A stretch of 64,000 nt of DNA. Source: Cyanophora paradoxa CCMP329. Its lineage: Eukaryota > Plantae > Glaucophyta. The position numbers and the translations under genes were made by a program. The notes under the pieces are model-generated. The model made no database searches. It was given only the letters and a program-made list of their open reading frames with translations, and had not been told where the DNA came from. Below, piece after piece: positions 1 to 13,075 of this stretch (position 1 is its first letter; each line of letters begins with the position of its first letter). The stretch lies in contig QPMI01000457.1 of the NCBI GenBank assembly GCA_004431415.1, forward strand, positions 372,001-436,000, read 5' to 3'.

Positions 1-441
1 TGTAGCTAGCAAGCAGAGCGCGAGGGGGTCTCGTCGACGTCGGCGTCGGACCCCCCGACCCGTAGGACTCGGATTTGTTGTAGCTCGGGGGGCGGGTACG
101 CCCCCAGAACCGTAAAATAAACCATCGATTACTAAGTTACTAGCTCAAGCTTAAGGGGCTAGCGCTCGGGCTGTCCGCCATTAGACCGCCAATTGCAAAC
201 TCCAGCCCAAACTTGGCAAACTTGGCGGCTAGTCGAGCCGCCGGGCCGGCTGGCGGCCAGCTTGAGGGCAGCCTCTTGCGCATGCTGCGCATGCTATAGC
301 TAAGTTGCCATATGCATGGCCAGAAGTCCTAGCTATATATAGCTATATATAGGCTTCCGGATCCGCGATTTCGCGGGGTTTCGCGCCCGGGGGGCGGCGG
401 GGGCCCGGCAGCGGCGGCGGGGGGCCGGGCCCCGGGTGGTA

Positions 442-713
442 CCGTAATGAGAATATTAAGGTCTGTACTTTATTATGTCATCCCCAAATTACGTCGCCTC
501 TGACGTGCGATAACGACATAATTCGGGACCGTCATGGTAGGGCGCCGGCACGCTCAGTGGTACCCAATCAAATTTACCGTCCATATACAGCCTAATACAG
601 GCCTGAAAATTTCATGCCGACATAATTTGGCCATGGGGGCGTCATATTTCGCATGCGCATAGAGAAAACTCGGGTTTTACAACGACATAATTATATAAAA
701 TATAATATTACGG
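442..713. mobile_element. Putative MITE (Tc1/mariner/pogo-like, TA target)
   Basis: TA|CCGTAAT at 440-448 and ATTACGG|TA at 707-715 form short inverted ends. The AT-rich interior has repeated CGACATAATT (~515, ~618, ~683) and a partial inverted copy (~470). The TIR is short, so support is modest. Confidence 0.4.
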
Positions 714-1608
714 TATGCATATGTTGCGACTTCTTGTCATTCCGTTATATGAATGACTATTCTTAAAAACAAGTGCCTTCTTTTAGGTTCTTTATATTGC
801 TGTTAACGTTGCGTTACGAATCCGAAAAAGCGAACTTCAAGTAGGGGTACCGGTGCGGCTTTAAGCCGGCTTGTTGCGTGCGGCTTGACGGCCAAGCCAA
901 GCCAATTGCAAGCCGGCCGGCCGCGGCAGTGGCCGGCCGGCCATGATAATGATCATATGCATGAATGCATTTTTACAAATGCCGGCCGGCTCATTAGCAA
1001 ATGCATTTTGCAAGCGCGCTCAAGCTTGGCCCGCCTTGAGGCAAGCTTAAGCTTCAAAGGCTTAAGCCTAACTGTGAGGGGGGGCGGGTACTTTATTATA
1101 CCTACGTATACGGTACCCTTCAGATTCAGGCTTCAGCTTCGAATTCCGGATTCCGCATGCGGCTCCGACGGCTCGTTGGCGGCTCCAAGCCCTGCAGCTG
1201 AAGCGTTAGCCGCCGTTAGGGTGTGCTCAATGAATGGACAATTGTCGCTTGTTTAAACTTTGAAATTGCATCTTTTTTTGCGTCTGAGCCGCGGGGTCGC
1301 GGGGCGCCCGCGCCGGCCCCGCGGCCGCGGGCGCCGGCCGCGGGCCGCCGCGGCCCGCCGGCCGGCGCCCCGGCCGCGGGGGCCGCGCGGCCGCGGCCAT
1401 GGCCAAGCCGGGCCAACGCGCTAGTTCTAAACCTACAGTATGAGGCATATTTTATTTCCTGTACTAAATTAACTAGTTCTACAGTACGTATGCGGCATAT
1501 AATAGTATATGATCATGATATATATATGCCGCTATATACCAGGGTACTATAAATTCTATAATATGTCTATACTGTTAGTACTCTACTACTACAGTAGTAC
1601 TAATCTAT

Positions 1609-1754
1609 CTTCTGATCGTGTCCCTTCTCGTGATCCCTCTTGATTCTGTATATATTTTGTGCTAGTTTACTGTATCTTTGATTTGTGATTGCTTTGTTGT
1701 CTTTAATATCACTACCTACGGGGGGTTCGCCCCACCGTAGTCTCTCAAAAAAAA
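1609..1754 (+). mobile_element. Short poly-A retroposon (SINE or severely 5'-truncated LINE 3' end)
   Basis: Flanked by a 13-bp direct repeat AGTACTAATCTAT (1596-1608, 1755-1767). It ends in an A-run and carries a 3' stem-loop CTACGG-GGGG-TTCG-CCCC-A-CCGTAG (1716-1740). Confidence 0.8.
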
Positions 1755-1797
1755 AGTACTAATCTATACGATTCTATAGTCCCGTAATTATTATAAA

Positions 1798-1849
1798 CGT
1801 TAACGGTAAACGTTATAAGTTAACTAATAACTTATAAATACCGTTAACG
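1798..1849. repeat. Imperfect inverted repeat (hairpin/cruciform)
   Basis: CGTTAACGGTA..TTATAAGTTA ... TAACTTATAA.TACCGTTAACG. Confidence 0.7.
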
Positions 1850-2085
1850 CCGTGACGAACTTCGCCGCCGCCGCGTTGAACTTTCGGAAGTTCGGGCCGG
1901 GAAACCGTTGAATCGAACGGGAACTTGAACAATGTAACGGCCGCACGGGAACTTATGTCGTGACGCCGACGTCACGCCGTCACGTCGCCGTAACGGCGAG
2001 TAGGCTCGGAGTAGCCGACGAGTAACCGTTGAACGAACCAATGACGGTCGCGATCGGCAATGACGGCGGAATGATTGAATGTAGA

Positions 2086-2311
2086 TTGCAATTGCATCTT
2101 GCAAGCTTGAAGACTAAAATCAAACGTTAAAGTTTGCAACTTTAATTTGCAATTGCAACTTGCATTGCAACTTGCAACTGTTGCCAAAGTTGATTCAATG
2201 AGAACACTGACAAGCTTAAAGCTTAACCTGAAGTCTTAACATTGCAACTTTTAATTTGCAACTTCAAGCTTAAAGCTTAAAGCACATTGCAACTTTTAAT
2301 TTGCAACTTCA
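2086..2311. repeat. TTGCAA/AAGCTT-rich low-complexity repeat
   Basis: 28-bp ACATTGCAACTTTTAATTTGCAACTTCA at 2239-2266 and 2284-2311; CAAGCTTAAAGCTTAA twice; many TTGCAA units. Confidence 0.75.
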
Positions 2312-2762
2312 TGCATTTTAAATATTAATTTATAGTGGATACTAGTAGTACTACTGGATAGCTATAGGGACATTGACGTCACTGTTTCTGACGTCGACAG
2401 TGATGTGACACTGATGTCGCGTCGTCGAGTCCGGGCACTGGCCGGGGCCGGCGCCGGGGGGTCTCGCTGACTCTCGCATCGGCCGGATCGGCCGGCGGCA
2501 GCCCCTCTGCAGCTGGATCCCCGGAGTGATCGGACTACCTAGCTACTACGTGTACCGTCACTACCGTGTACGGCGCCTAGCGCGGCTTTTCAAGTTTGCA
2601 TGCTTTTGCAATAATTGCCAGGCAATGCCAGCCCGCCGGGCCGGTGCAAACTTGAAAGTTGAGCAACCTCTAAGCTTTCGAACTTCGGAAGGTAGTCCGA
2701 GTCTGGTATATACTGGTATACATATAAACTGGTACTGCCAGGGCTGTAGTCTGGTACTAGTA

Positions 2763-3027
2763 CTGTAGGAATGCTTAAATTGCCGCGTAGTTAAATTGCC
2801 GAATTCGACCAAAACCGGAATTGCCGAAATTGCCGAATTCGACCAAAACCGGAATTGCCGTGGCGAGAAATTGCCGAAACTCTAGATCTGGATCTCGTCT
2901 ATGGCACCATACAAAATCGGCCGTGTAGCCCTACCCCCTGAGAATTGCCGTGGCGTAAAATTGCCGAATTCGGCCTCTCGGCAATTTACGGCAATTTAAA
3001 ACATCGGCTAGAAAAGCGATCCTACAG
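2763..3027. mobile_element. Putative MITE with AATTGCCG internal repeats
   Basis: GTACTGTAGGAATGCTT (2760-2776) matches the reverse complement of AAGCGATCCTACAGTAC (3014-3030) at 15/17, with TA flanks. There are eight forward AATTGCCG (2778-2959) and two inverted copies (2979, 2989), plus a duplicated AATTGCCGAATTCGACCAAAACCGG. Confidence 0.55.
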
Positions 3028-3242
3028 TACCGTACTACTAGGCTACTGTGCGGCGTCACGGCGTACTACGTAGTACGTCACTCACTGAGTCACGGCGTAA
3101 ACGGTACTACCGTAGTACGGTATAACCGTATAGGCTGTACATGTGCCACGGTGCCACGGTGTAGCGCAGCTCTGCACTGGCAGGCTGCAGTGCGGCATAC
3201 TCAGTGGCAGTCAGTGCACGTGTTACTACGGTGTTACTAGTT

Positions 3243-3338
3243 AGCGCTGCAGCCTGGCAGACCTAGGTTGTTCAAGAGATCAGCGCTGCAGACCTAGGTT
3301 GTTCAAGCAGATCTAGATCTGCAGACCTAGGCGCTGCA
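3243..3338. repeat. Short tandem duplications just upstream of the membrane-protein start
   Basis: GCAGACCTAGGTTGTTCAAG x2, GCAGACCTAGG x3, GCGCTGCA x3. Confidence 0.7.
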
Positions 3339-3368
3339 AACAACACAGTGGATGCGCTGCGCATGAAT

Positions 3369-6300
3369 ATGGCTCGACGGCCGCGAGCTTCTTCTAGATC
3401 TGTCGCCACACGCACCTTCGGCGTTGTGCAACTATGCATCGTGGCGGCTATCCTCGCAGTTAGTTGCGCGGGGCTCGCCGCTGCCGCGTCTCAGCCCGCC
3501 ATCGGCGACGAGCTGCTGCGCCTCGACTGCGGCGGCCGCCTCCACGTCTTCCCCAACGGCTTTCTCAACGCCACTTTTGACGCGAGCCGCTTCGTGAAAG
3601 GCTCGGGGCTCGCCGAGGTCTTCGTCAGTGCGTGCATTTCTGCAGCGATGCGCGTGTATATATGTTGAGCGTATGCGGACATAAATGCACGAACTTGCAT
3701 GAACGTTAACTTACATACCTAATCATGATCAAGATCCAACATTGACCCCACCCTACGCGTTTCCCGCGCAGAGAAGCTCAAGGATCGCTTGAAATGCGTT
3801 GTAGAGAAGGAGAAGCAGGGAGGCAGCGCGGAGATCACGGACGAGCATTGGTACACGGGGTGGAGCCTGGGCCCACAGGCCGTCGTCAACATCTTCCGCT
3901 CCGTCGGGCGTCGGACGTTCGATGGTCAGCCCGCCTTACGTATACGCTATCTGCTGAAAGCAATGATGGTTTTATCCCTGACTTTCCAATCTGCGCTGGG
4001 AAGCCCTCCCCGCCGCATTGCGGAGTGCGATGCGGAAGACGTACCTGCGCTTGCCCTTCTTCTGGAATTCGTGGTTCGACGTGCGCCCGCCGGCTCAGGC
4101 CTGGCTTCCACGTGCGTTCATTATTATAAGAGTATTGCATACAAATCCGTCTACGCATGCATATGCGGGGTGCCGACCCTTTGCCCTGCCAACGCAGGGA
4201 CCTGTCTCGGCGACGGGCCCTGCTATATGACACTTGACGCTCGCGAGGCCATCGGAGCGACTTTTAAGGTCCGTCTTCCGATGGAGCTCGAGCTCGAGTT
4301 TATATATATTCGAATTCATTACATAGACAATGAGCACAAAGTTCCGACGACCCCGACTGACGACCTGTTCGATTCGGATCCGTGCTTATATTTCAAAATT
4401 AGGTCGCGTACGACCTGTGCCCGGCCACGCACCTCCCCTTCCTGTCGGTCATGTGCGAGGGCTCCATGTGCTCCCGCTTCCTGCGCCCCTGTTCGGTGCG
4501 TTCCTAGGGCTCTCGCACGCCGCTATCAGTTCATGATCATGCGTCGAACATCTCAACTGATATCGATTGTTGTAACTACGCGAATTTCGCCTTTTTGGAT
4601 GCACAGGCGGACGCGGACTGCCAGACGAACTCGGCCGACACGGGCTCGCGGTGCCTTTCGGTCGGGCAGAACCCCACCACCCTGGAAGTCTTCACGGCGC
4701 TCAAGGTGCATATGCATATTATCACGTCCGGCGGTCGATATTCAGTAGCTTTGGCCCAGTGGGCAAGCTTAAAGTAAGCTGACACAAGATAATTTACTTG
4801 AACGCTTGCGCAGGACAAGCTGCTGTACGATGATGCCGACTCCAGTGAGCTCGCAAAAAGCGTGATGAAGGTGCAATCGTTCAAGCTTAAATGTAATTCC
4901 TACATATGCCTATAGCTAACCAAAGGGCGCTCATGAAATGACAGGACTTGGTCAATTACTACCGCTCCATCTTCGGCCTGGGTCCGGATACCTCCGACGT
5001 GCGTTATATAATTAGCTTTGAACATGTATTTGCACCTGAGTTACTCTGATCGTTCTCGCGCTCCGGCACCCCTCTCCCCTACAGACCCCGTCCTACAAAG
5101 TTTGCGCGTTCACCTCAAGTGCGCTTATAGCTATATATGCTTAAATTGTTTGCAATAGCGATCGCGATTTCGCGGGCCGTTGAATGCTCATGATCACTCA
5201 AACAGCTCAACTGAACCTCACTTCGACGGATGGAAATCTGATGCAAGCGGCGCGGCCCATCTGGCAAGCCATATGGAACACCAACGTCCTCTATCCCTAC
5301 ACCTACAGCTACACCTCAAGCCCATACGGGTATACTTCGACTAGCCAGTACAGGGGCTTGGACCTGTGCGCCGTCTCTCAGTTTCGCAATTAAGCTTCAG
5401 CATCCGAGATCTGAGTTCGAATTCGAATCTGAATTCGTACATCGCCTGCGGTCGCAGTTGGCCCTCGCTGTACCAGTGGCTATCGAAGGAGCTGGCCGGC
5501 TGCTCGACTTCGGGGGACACCACCACGTGCTCCAAGATCTCCGACTGGGACGGTGCGCATGCGCATGCGCATGCGGTTATTTACTTTTGCGTGCACGTGG
5601 GGATTTGATCGTGATCGTCCTGATTTAATCTCATCGTGTCGCGCACTCGTGATATATCGATGGCAGGCATCATAAAGCTGACGGACGGCACATCCAAGGC
5701 CGCCGACGCACCGGTTCGTTGATTAAATATTTCTTTAGCGTTTGATCTCGAAGTTCGAGCGCGCGCGCGCGAGGCTCCCGCGACCGCGGCGTCCTCTGAC
5801 TGTCGGACATTTCGCAGGAGCGCAAGCTCGGCCGCGACATCGCTTACTCCGGCCCCCGCGTCGTGCTCGACTCCGACAAGCCCGTCACGAAGATGCTTGC
5901 GTTTGACTGCGAGGGTACGCGAGCATTCGCCCTTTTCTGCAGCTCCAGGTCTGAGGTTTGAGTTCGAGGCCGACCGGCGTCCCCGGGCCCCCGCAGGCGG
6001 GCTCCACGCTGCGCTGATGAATTTCGGCCTCTCCGCGCGCCTCCCGATCGTCCGGCCCGTGGTGAACTGGCTCGGCACGTACCTCAAGCAGCTCGAGGTC
6101 CGCCGCATGCATGCGCCCAAGGAGCTCGAGGGCCGGGCGCCGGCCCGAGGATCATTGCTCATCCGCCTCTGCAGGCGGCTCGCTACCAGGCGCGCTCGGT
6201 CGCCCTTCCGGAGAACAGCAAGATCTACTACGCCCCGTGGACCGCCGCCTACCTGCTGTGCGCCGGATTCGAACGCGCCGCAGCTGCCGCGCATGTGGCC

Positions 6301-9300
6301 TGATCGAGGCCAACGCGCGCGTCGCAGGTCGACGTTCACCAACGCCCCGAACCAGCCCGCGAAGCCGGAGCTCTCCAGTTTTTACGGGGCTTCCGCCGCC
6401 CCCGTCTTCGATGTGCGCACTGCGGCAAATGCATCTTGCTGTAGACGTAAATTCCATCTAACTGAGCACGCGATGCGCAGGTGTCCAAGACGGACTGCAC
6501 GTTCGACAAGCTCGGCAGTCAGGGGTACTGCATGGGAGCCGTCGGTCAGCTGCAGATGCATCCCCGGCCCTACCTCGCATTCGCACGCGAGCGCGAGCGC
6601 GAGCGCCGGTCGCCTGATCGTTGAGCGCAGCCAAGCTCCTGCCGAACGGCCTCAAAGTTGAGGGCGCGCTCGCCCAGTGTCACGGAGAGCCTTCGGGCCT
6701 CCCCGCGTTCGAGATCGGAATATCAGGTTCGCTTCTGCCGAAGCTTCGGTCAAGCAGCTAGATCATGGACTAGAATATTGACATGCTGTACCGGTGTAGG
6801 TCCGGGTGCAAATCACTTGACGGTCCACCAGGTCTGTCTGAAGCCAGTCTAAAAATATTCTGATCTTTTCTAAATCGGATTGATCATGAATGTATGCAGG
6901 CCTGCAAAGAAAACAGCGACTGCGGCAGCTCTGCCACGTGCGAGAACGTCGAGTCGACGCTTGAGGATGGCCTTGACTTGCCCCGTGGCTTTTTCGAAAT
7001 TTACGACACCGTCTCAAACGCAGTCTGGGGGTGCGGACGCAAACTTGACTTCAGCTGCGCGGAAAGGCACCAGTTGAAAATATTTCGGCTCGCAGAAACG
7101 GCCCGCTGCCCCCACCACAGAAAGGCGACATGCAGATGAACGAGATCATGGTCCAAACCAGCGACTGCTCTAAAGATCCCGATAGCTACTCGTATTATTA
7201 CAACGACTACTATGAGTATTTCAGGACTTGCCGCATGTGAGTTCGGATCGATACGTCGATCGCGATGATCATAATCGAGCTCGGCCTTAATCTGTCTGAT
7301 TTTTTGTGCAGCGACGTGGAGTTAGCTCTGAAAGAATTGCTGGGTGATCCTTACAAGATCGTGCCTACGGATCGGACGCAACTGGATCTCCATTTCTACG
7401 ATGCGAGCAATAATCGAATTCCGGTGACAGTCTCAGAATGCGTCCTCAAAACCAACCACGCGATAAAAGGAAGTCTTAGAAACTGCGTGCCCGTTCGAAC
7501 ATACAACAACCCCAACGGCACTGCTAGTCCGGACTACGTGCTCAGTGAAAGCTCATTGCTTACAGTTCCGCTCAACAAATACACGAACTCTTACTACTAC
7601 TCCTCCGGAGAATCAATTTATCTCGACAACACAACGCGGATCGCTCTCAGGTCTATCGGAATGGTGCATCTCGGCGCTTGGTTAACGTTGTTACTTATCA
7701 CGTTGGTATTTTCGCGTTTTCAATACTTATGCCTGGCCCGCTACGCCCATGCATAGCCGCAAAACAAGACCGGTATGCAGACAGATGTGGTTTACCGCGT
7801 GGACGGAACGATAAATAAGGCATGTGCACTTGACGCGATCTTCGAACCGCGGCTTCAAAAGTGCTGCCAAAATTGATCCCGGCCATACAGGTCGAACTTG
7901 TCGCTAAACAGGGGGAGATTCTCGATTCAGTGCAGCTTCAAGTGCCCGTCGACGAACGTATGACGTGCAGTGATTACAGGTTCTAAATTCACCAAGATTG
8001 CTCATCTTCAAGCTTGCTCGCTGATTTTCAATACAGATCGAAGGACTTCAGCGGTGACTGGGTTTGGAAGACTACCGGCACAAGTCGTGCCAGCGCGAAT
8101 GCGACCTGCAATCCTTCATTAGGGAAACGGAATGAAGTGTGAGTATAGTTTTATATCATCTATATCGAATATTAATGTGCTGAATATTGATTTGAATCCA
8201 ATACGCACGTGCACAGTAAACGGCTCGTTGACGCCGTAGAGGAGGGCCTCTTCAAGATCATCACCATCAAATCACACGGACAGAACTCGTATCCTCAAGG
8301 CTATGATGATCGTGAATACTCCGAACGTCAATATCTAGATACCTACCGCGATACTTATTCTAGGGAGGGATACGTGAGTCAATAATGAACTTTCGGAATG
8401 TTACGTGTGCGCGAGATTCTGAAAGGTCACGACTTTCCGCAGTTCCTCGAGGTTGTGTACTCGCCAGAAGCGAAACTCCCTCTCCGCGTGGATCGACAGC
8501 TGCAGTTCGAATTCTACGGAAAACGCGTTGATTTCGACGACAGGGGATACTACAACGTCACGACAGGGCAATACATACAGAAAAATGAATGGACGACGAG
8601 CTCGACTGATGTTCTCATCGCGACGGGATACATGACTTCATCCGATACAGTTTATCCAGGCAGCACCATCCAGATTCGTCTTGAAGGAGGAGGATTCACG
8701 AACTACACCACGTATCCTCCTCGAACATCCTATCCTACGTACCTTGCAGGCTCTATCTACATCCGCGCCTACAATGAGCCGTGCGTTGAAGAGTCCGGGC
8801 CCCCCAAATATTAAGTCTAGCTATAGGATCTCTAGAAATGTGCAAGGGCCGTGTGTCCGAGGTGATCCTTAAAATTGTCGCATTCTCAGGCCGAGATCGT
8901 ACTCGTACAACACGCAATCATCTTTGCCAATCGCGGAGGCCAAAACCGAATTTACCTTTACAGAGCCTTCTGGCGGCTTGCACGGCTGCAGGTTCGAACT
9001 CGAGCTCGCTCGCATACTGCAGCTCAAGAATGAACCGTGCGCATGCTGACCGCGTACGCTGCTCTAGGCTTCATCGGAGCTTGAGGCAAAGCGTTCTCGG
9101 AGACTGGAAGCTTGCCTGCCCTACCTGCGATTCTCCGGCTGGCTTCTGGCCTCCTGCAAAAATCGCTCTGGAGCGGTCCGGATCCTTTCAGCAAAAGCTG
9201 CGAGCAGAGGGGAAGTTGTTTTTTGATGCTTACCCTGACCTTCTTCCAATGGACATGATTTCTATTCCGAACGGAATGGAGAAAACGCACCCCACCAACT

Positions 9301-12300
9301 AGTGCGTTTACCCTTGTATTTCGCAATCTCGTCTGCGCGCGCGACCGGGAATTGCAGTTGGTACTTCAACTACACTCGCGAAGACTACAAGGCCGGCAAA
9401 GACGTTCCCAAGACCCCGACCTGCGAAGATATCCCCAAGTTCTGCCCGGCGGGCAGCGCAGCCCACAAATACTACTCGAGCGAATGCGCGAAAATCGTGA
9501 AAGCGGATCCCTTCGTCGTACCGTCGTACTGGAAAAACGACAATAACTACGACTCATGGGGCCCCCCGCCCTTCTGGGACCCGAAAGGCCCCTTCGGCCT
9601 CCCTGGTCGAGTCAACGAGTATGTGCCCATCGTACAGTTTTTGATATCGCCAGTTCCTGCTCTGGCTGGCTTCATCTCCATGGTCTACACTACGTGCGCT
9701 TGCTTGTGTTCGAGAAAGATTTGCAGGTCTACGTGAATGATAATCTATAACGGCGCCTTCTCTCTTTTTTTTCGCAGAAACGCAAGGGTTCGCGCCAAGC
9801 CTGGGACATATATGCATTTAAGTTTGCTTGCGTGTACATGTAGGGGGATTTTCCGTGCGTGCTAACTTGCCGTCGCGATCGCTGCTAGGCGTGGAACTGG
9901 AACGATATCCGTTGGTTTGGAGCGTATTACACAAGTTGGAAACTGTTCTTCTACGACCCGACGAAGTCCCCCAATCCTGCCGAGTACACGGACGCCACGA
10001 AATTCCTCTTCGGGCCCGACGTGCACGCCCTCCTCGAGAAGACGTGCCCCGCCGACGCCCCTGCGACGCCCGCCATCCTCTTCAGGGACGTCATGAACCT
10101 CCAGGCGCGCGAGACACTCTTACCCACGATCGCGAGTGCTTTTTGTATGTAACCTGCGGGTTTCGGAGCGCAGGCGGAGCGCACGGGCCGCAAGACCGTG
10201 AGCGAGGCGAAGGTCCGGATGTGCCTCCCCGCGACGGTGGACTCGCTCCTCAAGATCAAGGGAGTCGACGCGCTGACGGAGGACCGCAAGTATGTCGCGA
10301 TGGAGGTCCGCAGTCGTCTTTGATTTGAAGGCCTAGCTGTAGGCGCGCGCGGAGGCGCCTCATGATCACCCCGTCCGGATCCACAGGCGTCGAGCATCCC
10401 GGCGGGCGTGGCGGCGATGAAGGTGACGCTGGCGCTCGGGATCAGCAAGGCGGACTTCACGGAGGCCAAGCAGCAGGCCTTCCTCCAGGACGTCTCCGCC
10501 ACCTTCAAAGTCCCCCTCGCCCGCCTCAAGATCCTCTCCGTCGACGTGCGCGCGCACACACACACGCTCGCATTTACATTCGAATTATATGCGCGAGCTG
10601 TACATGTGAACGTCGAGGGTCTTCATTGACGAGACGATCGCGCGCAGGAGGCTCGAGCTCAGCGGCGATCCCTCAGCGCCGCGGCCGGCAAGGTCAACGT
10701 GCAGCTGGAGGTCACCGGGGCCCCGGGCACGGATGCAGCCTCGGTGCGCTTAATGTTTGGATTCCGCAAACAGATTCTCAACCGGGCGCTCGTGATCATA
10801 ATCGAGATCATGATCAGGTCACGAGCTCCATCCAGTCCGCGATCAATGCGCAAGTCCTGCGCGGGGAGACCGCGAATCTGCAGTTCGGCGGCATTTCTGC
10901 GACCGGCGCAATGGCGAAGGTGCGCGTGCACACTGTCCACTTCCCCGACGCGCCGCATGCGCACAGTAAGAAGCAGTGATCGCAAGACGCACCTCTTCCG
11001 GATGCGCAGATTAATATTCCGGATCCCAAATCTGGAGCGGTCAGCACAGGCGAGGACAGTCAGGATTATCGTGCGCATGCAGTTAAACGTTGCGCCTTCG
11101 CCGCATGGATTCCGTGCAAAACTCTGTTCGGTTTCGCAGTCTATATTCCTGGAGTGCCGGCCAGCGCCAGCGATCCCGCCCAGGTCGACGCCATCTGCAA
11201 GACCATCTCTAGCTGCGGCACATGCGCCGGCTCCCTCAACGGTGCGGGATTCGGGCTTGTCATTGGATGCTTCATACGACAGCGATCGCGATCGCTGAGA
11301 GCGGCGGGCGGTGGGGGGCGCCCGTGCGCAGGCCAGTGCGGCTGGTGCGGGAGCTCGTGCGGCGCTCTCAGCACATGCACCTCTACCCTTAAAATCTCGG
11401 AACCGGCGAAGTGCTCGTTCTGGAGTGCGTTTCCCACCACAATATTCACGTCTGCGTGCTTCGGCTCGTCTCACATTCGCGCTCTGGACACGCACGCGTG
11501 CAGGCCCCTTCACCCTCGTCTTCAACCACACGGACACGGTCCCCGAGACGTTCTTCACGGCCCAGGCGACGAAGGACGAGTTCTCGTCGTGGTTCGCGGC
11601 GCTCCTCGACGTCAAAGCCGCCGACATCAAGGTAGGCTTATTCCTTAGATCCCGCCTCTATACTTAAGCTTGCTGGCCATGGTGACGCACACAATCTTCG
11701 CAGATCTCGAGCCTCGCCCGGGGGTCGGTCATCGTGAAGGGCGATGTGGCGTCTGCGGTCTCGCAGGCGGCCGCCGACGGCCGCGCCAAGAGCCTCCTCA
11801 CCCTCGTCTCGGCCGCCGGCCCGCGCACCGTCGGGGGCGTCAGCCTGCAGGCGTCGTGCGACGCCGGCGCCTGCTCGGCCCCGGGCGTGACCCCGCCCTC
11901 GAACACGGACCCGGGCTCCACCGGCTCGGGCTCCGACTCGAACCGCGACAAGATCATCGGCGGCGTCGTGGGCGGCGTCGGAGGCTTCTTCTTCCTCCTC
12001 ATCGTCGGCACCATCGTGTGCGTCCGATTCGAGAATTCGAAGTCCACGCCGCGCGCCCGGCCTCCGCGCTGCATCCGCTCGTTTAATTTGATTTGGAGCT
12101 CACTCTTTCTTCTGCGCACAGGTACTGCTGCTGCTGCAAGAACCGCCGCAGGAAGACGGACACGAAAGGGAAGAAGGAGAAGAAGGGGAAGAAGGGCGGC
12201 AAGGGCGGCGACGCCGACGGCGACGTCGAGGCGGGCAAGGCCCCGCCGCCGCCGCCGCTCGCGGTCGGCGGCCCGGCGCCCTTCCCCGGGCCGCAGAACG

Positions 12301-12320
12301 TCTCCGAAGTGCGGATGTAG
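3369..12320 (+). CDS. Large multi-exon type-I membrane / cell-surface protein, Cys- and Tyr-rich ectodomain, function unknown
   Basis: N-terminal signal-like stretch (VVQLCIVAAILAVSCAGLAAA). Dozens of short GT/GC-AG introns separate codon-biased exons. C-terminal TM IIGGVVGGVGGFFFLLIVGTIV is followed by YCCCC and a KNRRRK basic tail; stop TAG at 12318-12320. The start could be 3363, and two genes cannot be excluded. Confidence 0.7.
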
Positions 12321-13020
12321 CCGTGCACGCGTACGTGCCTGTGCGTGTCACAGCAGCCGCACTGCCGCAGCCGCAGCGCGCGCACGCGCGCGTGCACAGC
12401 TTCAGGCGCCGTTGCCTCTTGCATCGTGCAATCGCGCATGCGGACTAAAATTTATACATGGTTTAGTTATAGGTCTTTTCTTTTCGCCTTTCGTTCTATA
12501 TATATACAGTACTAGTGAATTTCTGGCCATAGAATTCGAAACAGATCTAGATTTGTTCCAATCGCCCGAATATACAGAGCTAATGCTGCTGTACATGTTT
12601 CGAGGCTGCGGCTGGTATACGTAATTCAACTTATCGAGCCTCGGAGGTTATCGAAAAACATTTAGAGCGCATTGGAAGCTATAGCGCACGTGGCTAAGTC
12701 TCTTCTACCGTGCAGTGGTAGGTACTGCATGCTGATAACCATAAAAACATCGGTTTCGAATATCGCCGAGAATTTGAACGTAGCTATATATAGCGACGAA
12801 TTCGAATTCGAATGGATTCAAATAAAGTGTGCGCGCGTGATGCATATGCGGCAACTCCGCTCCATGTCATGGATCCAACAGATGGATCCACTCCGCTAGA
12901 GCTGGCGCCCCTCCCCCCCTCCCTCCCCCCCCCCGTCCCACCCCACCCCACCCGGGCCACCCCCGGCCCGGCCCCGGTCCTCCTTTCGAATTCCCCGAAT
13001 GAACCGCTGACCATGAATGA

Positions 13021-13075
13021 ATGGCGTCGACTGGCCATGATGACGTCGACTGGCAATGATGACGTCGACTGGCAA
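13021..13075. repeat. 19-bp tandem repeat x3
   Basis: ATG(G/A)CGTCGACTGGC(C/A)ATG units at 13021, 13040, 13059. Confidence 0.85.

Noticed and set aside
2778-2996. CRISPR-like arrays (also 13021-13075 and 62378-62500)
   Set aside because: The repeats are short, irregular or directly tandem, without uniform unique spacers, in eukaryotic context with no cas genes.
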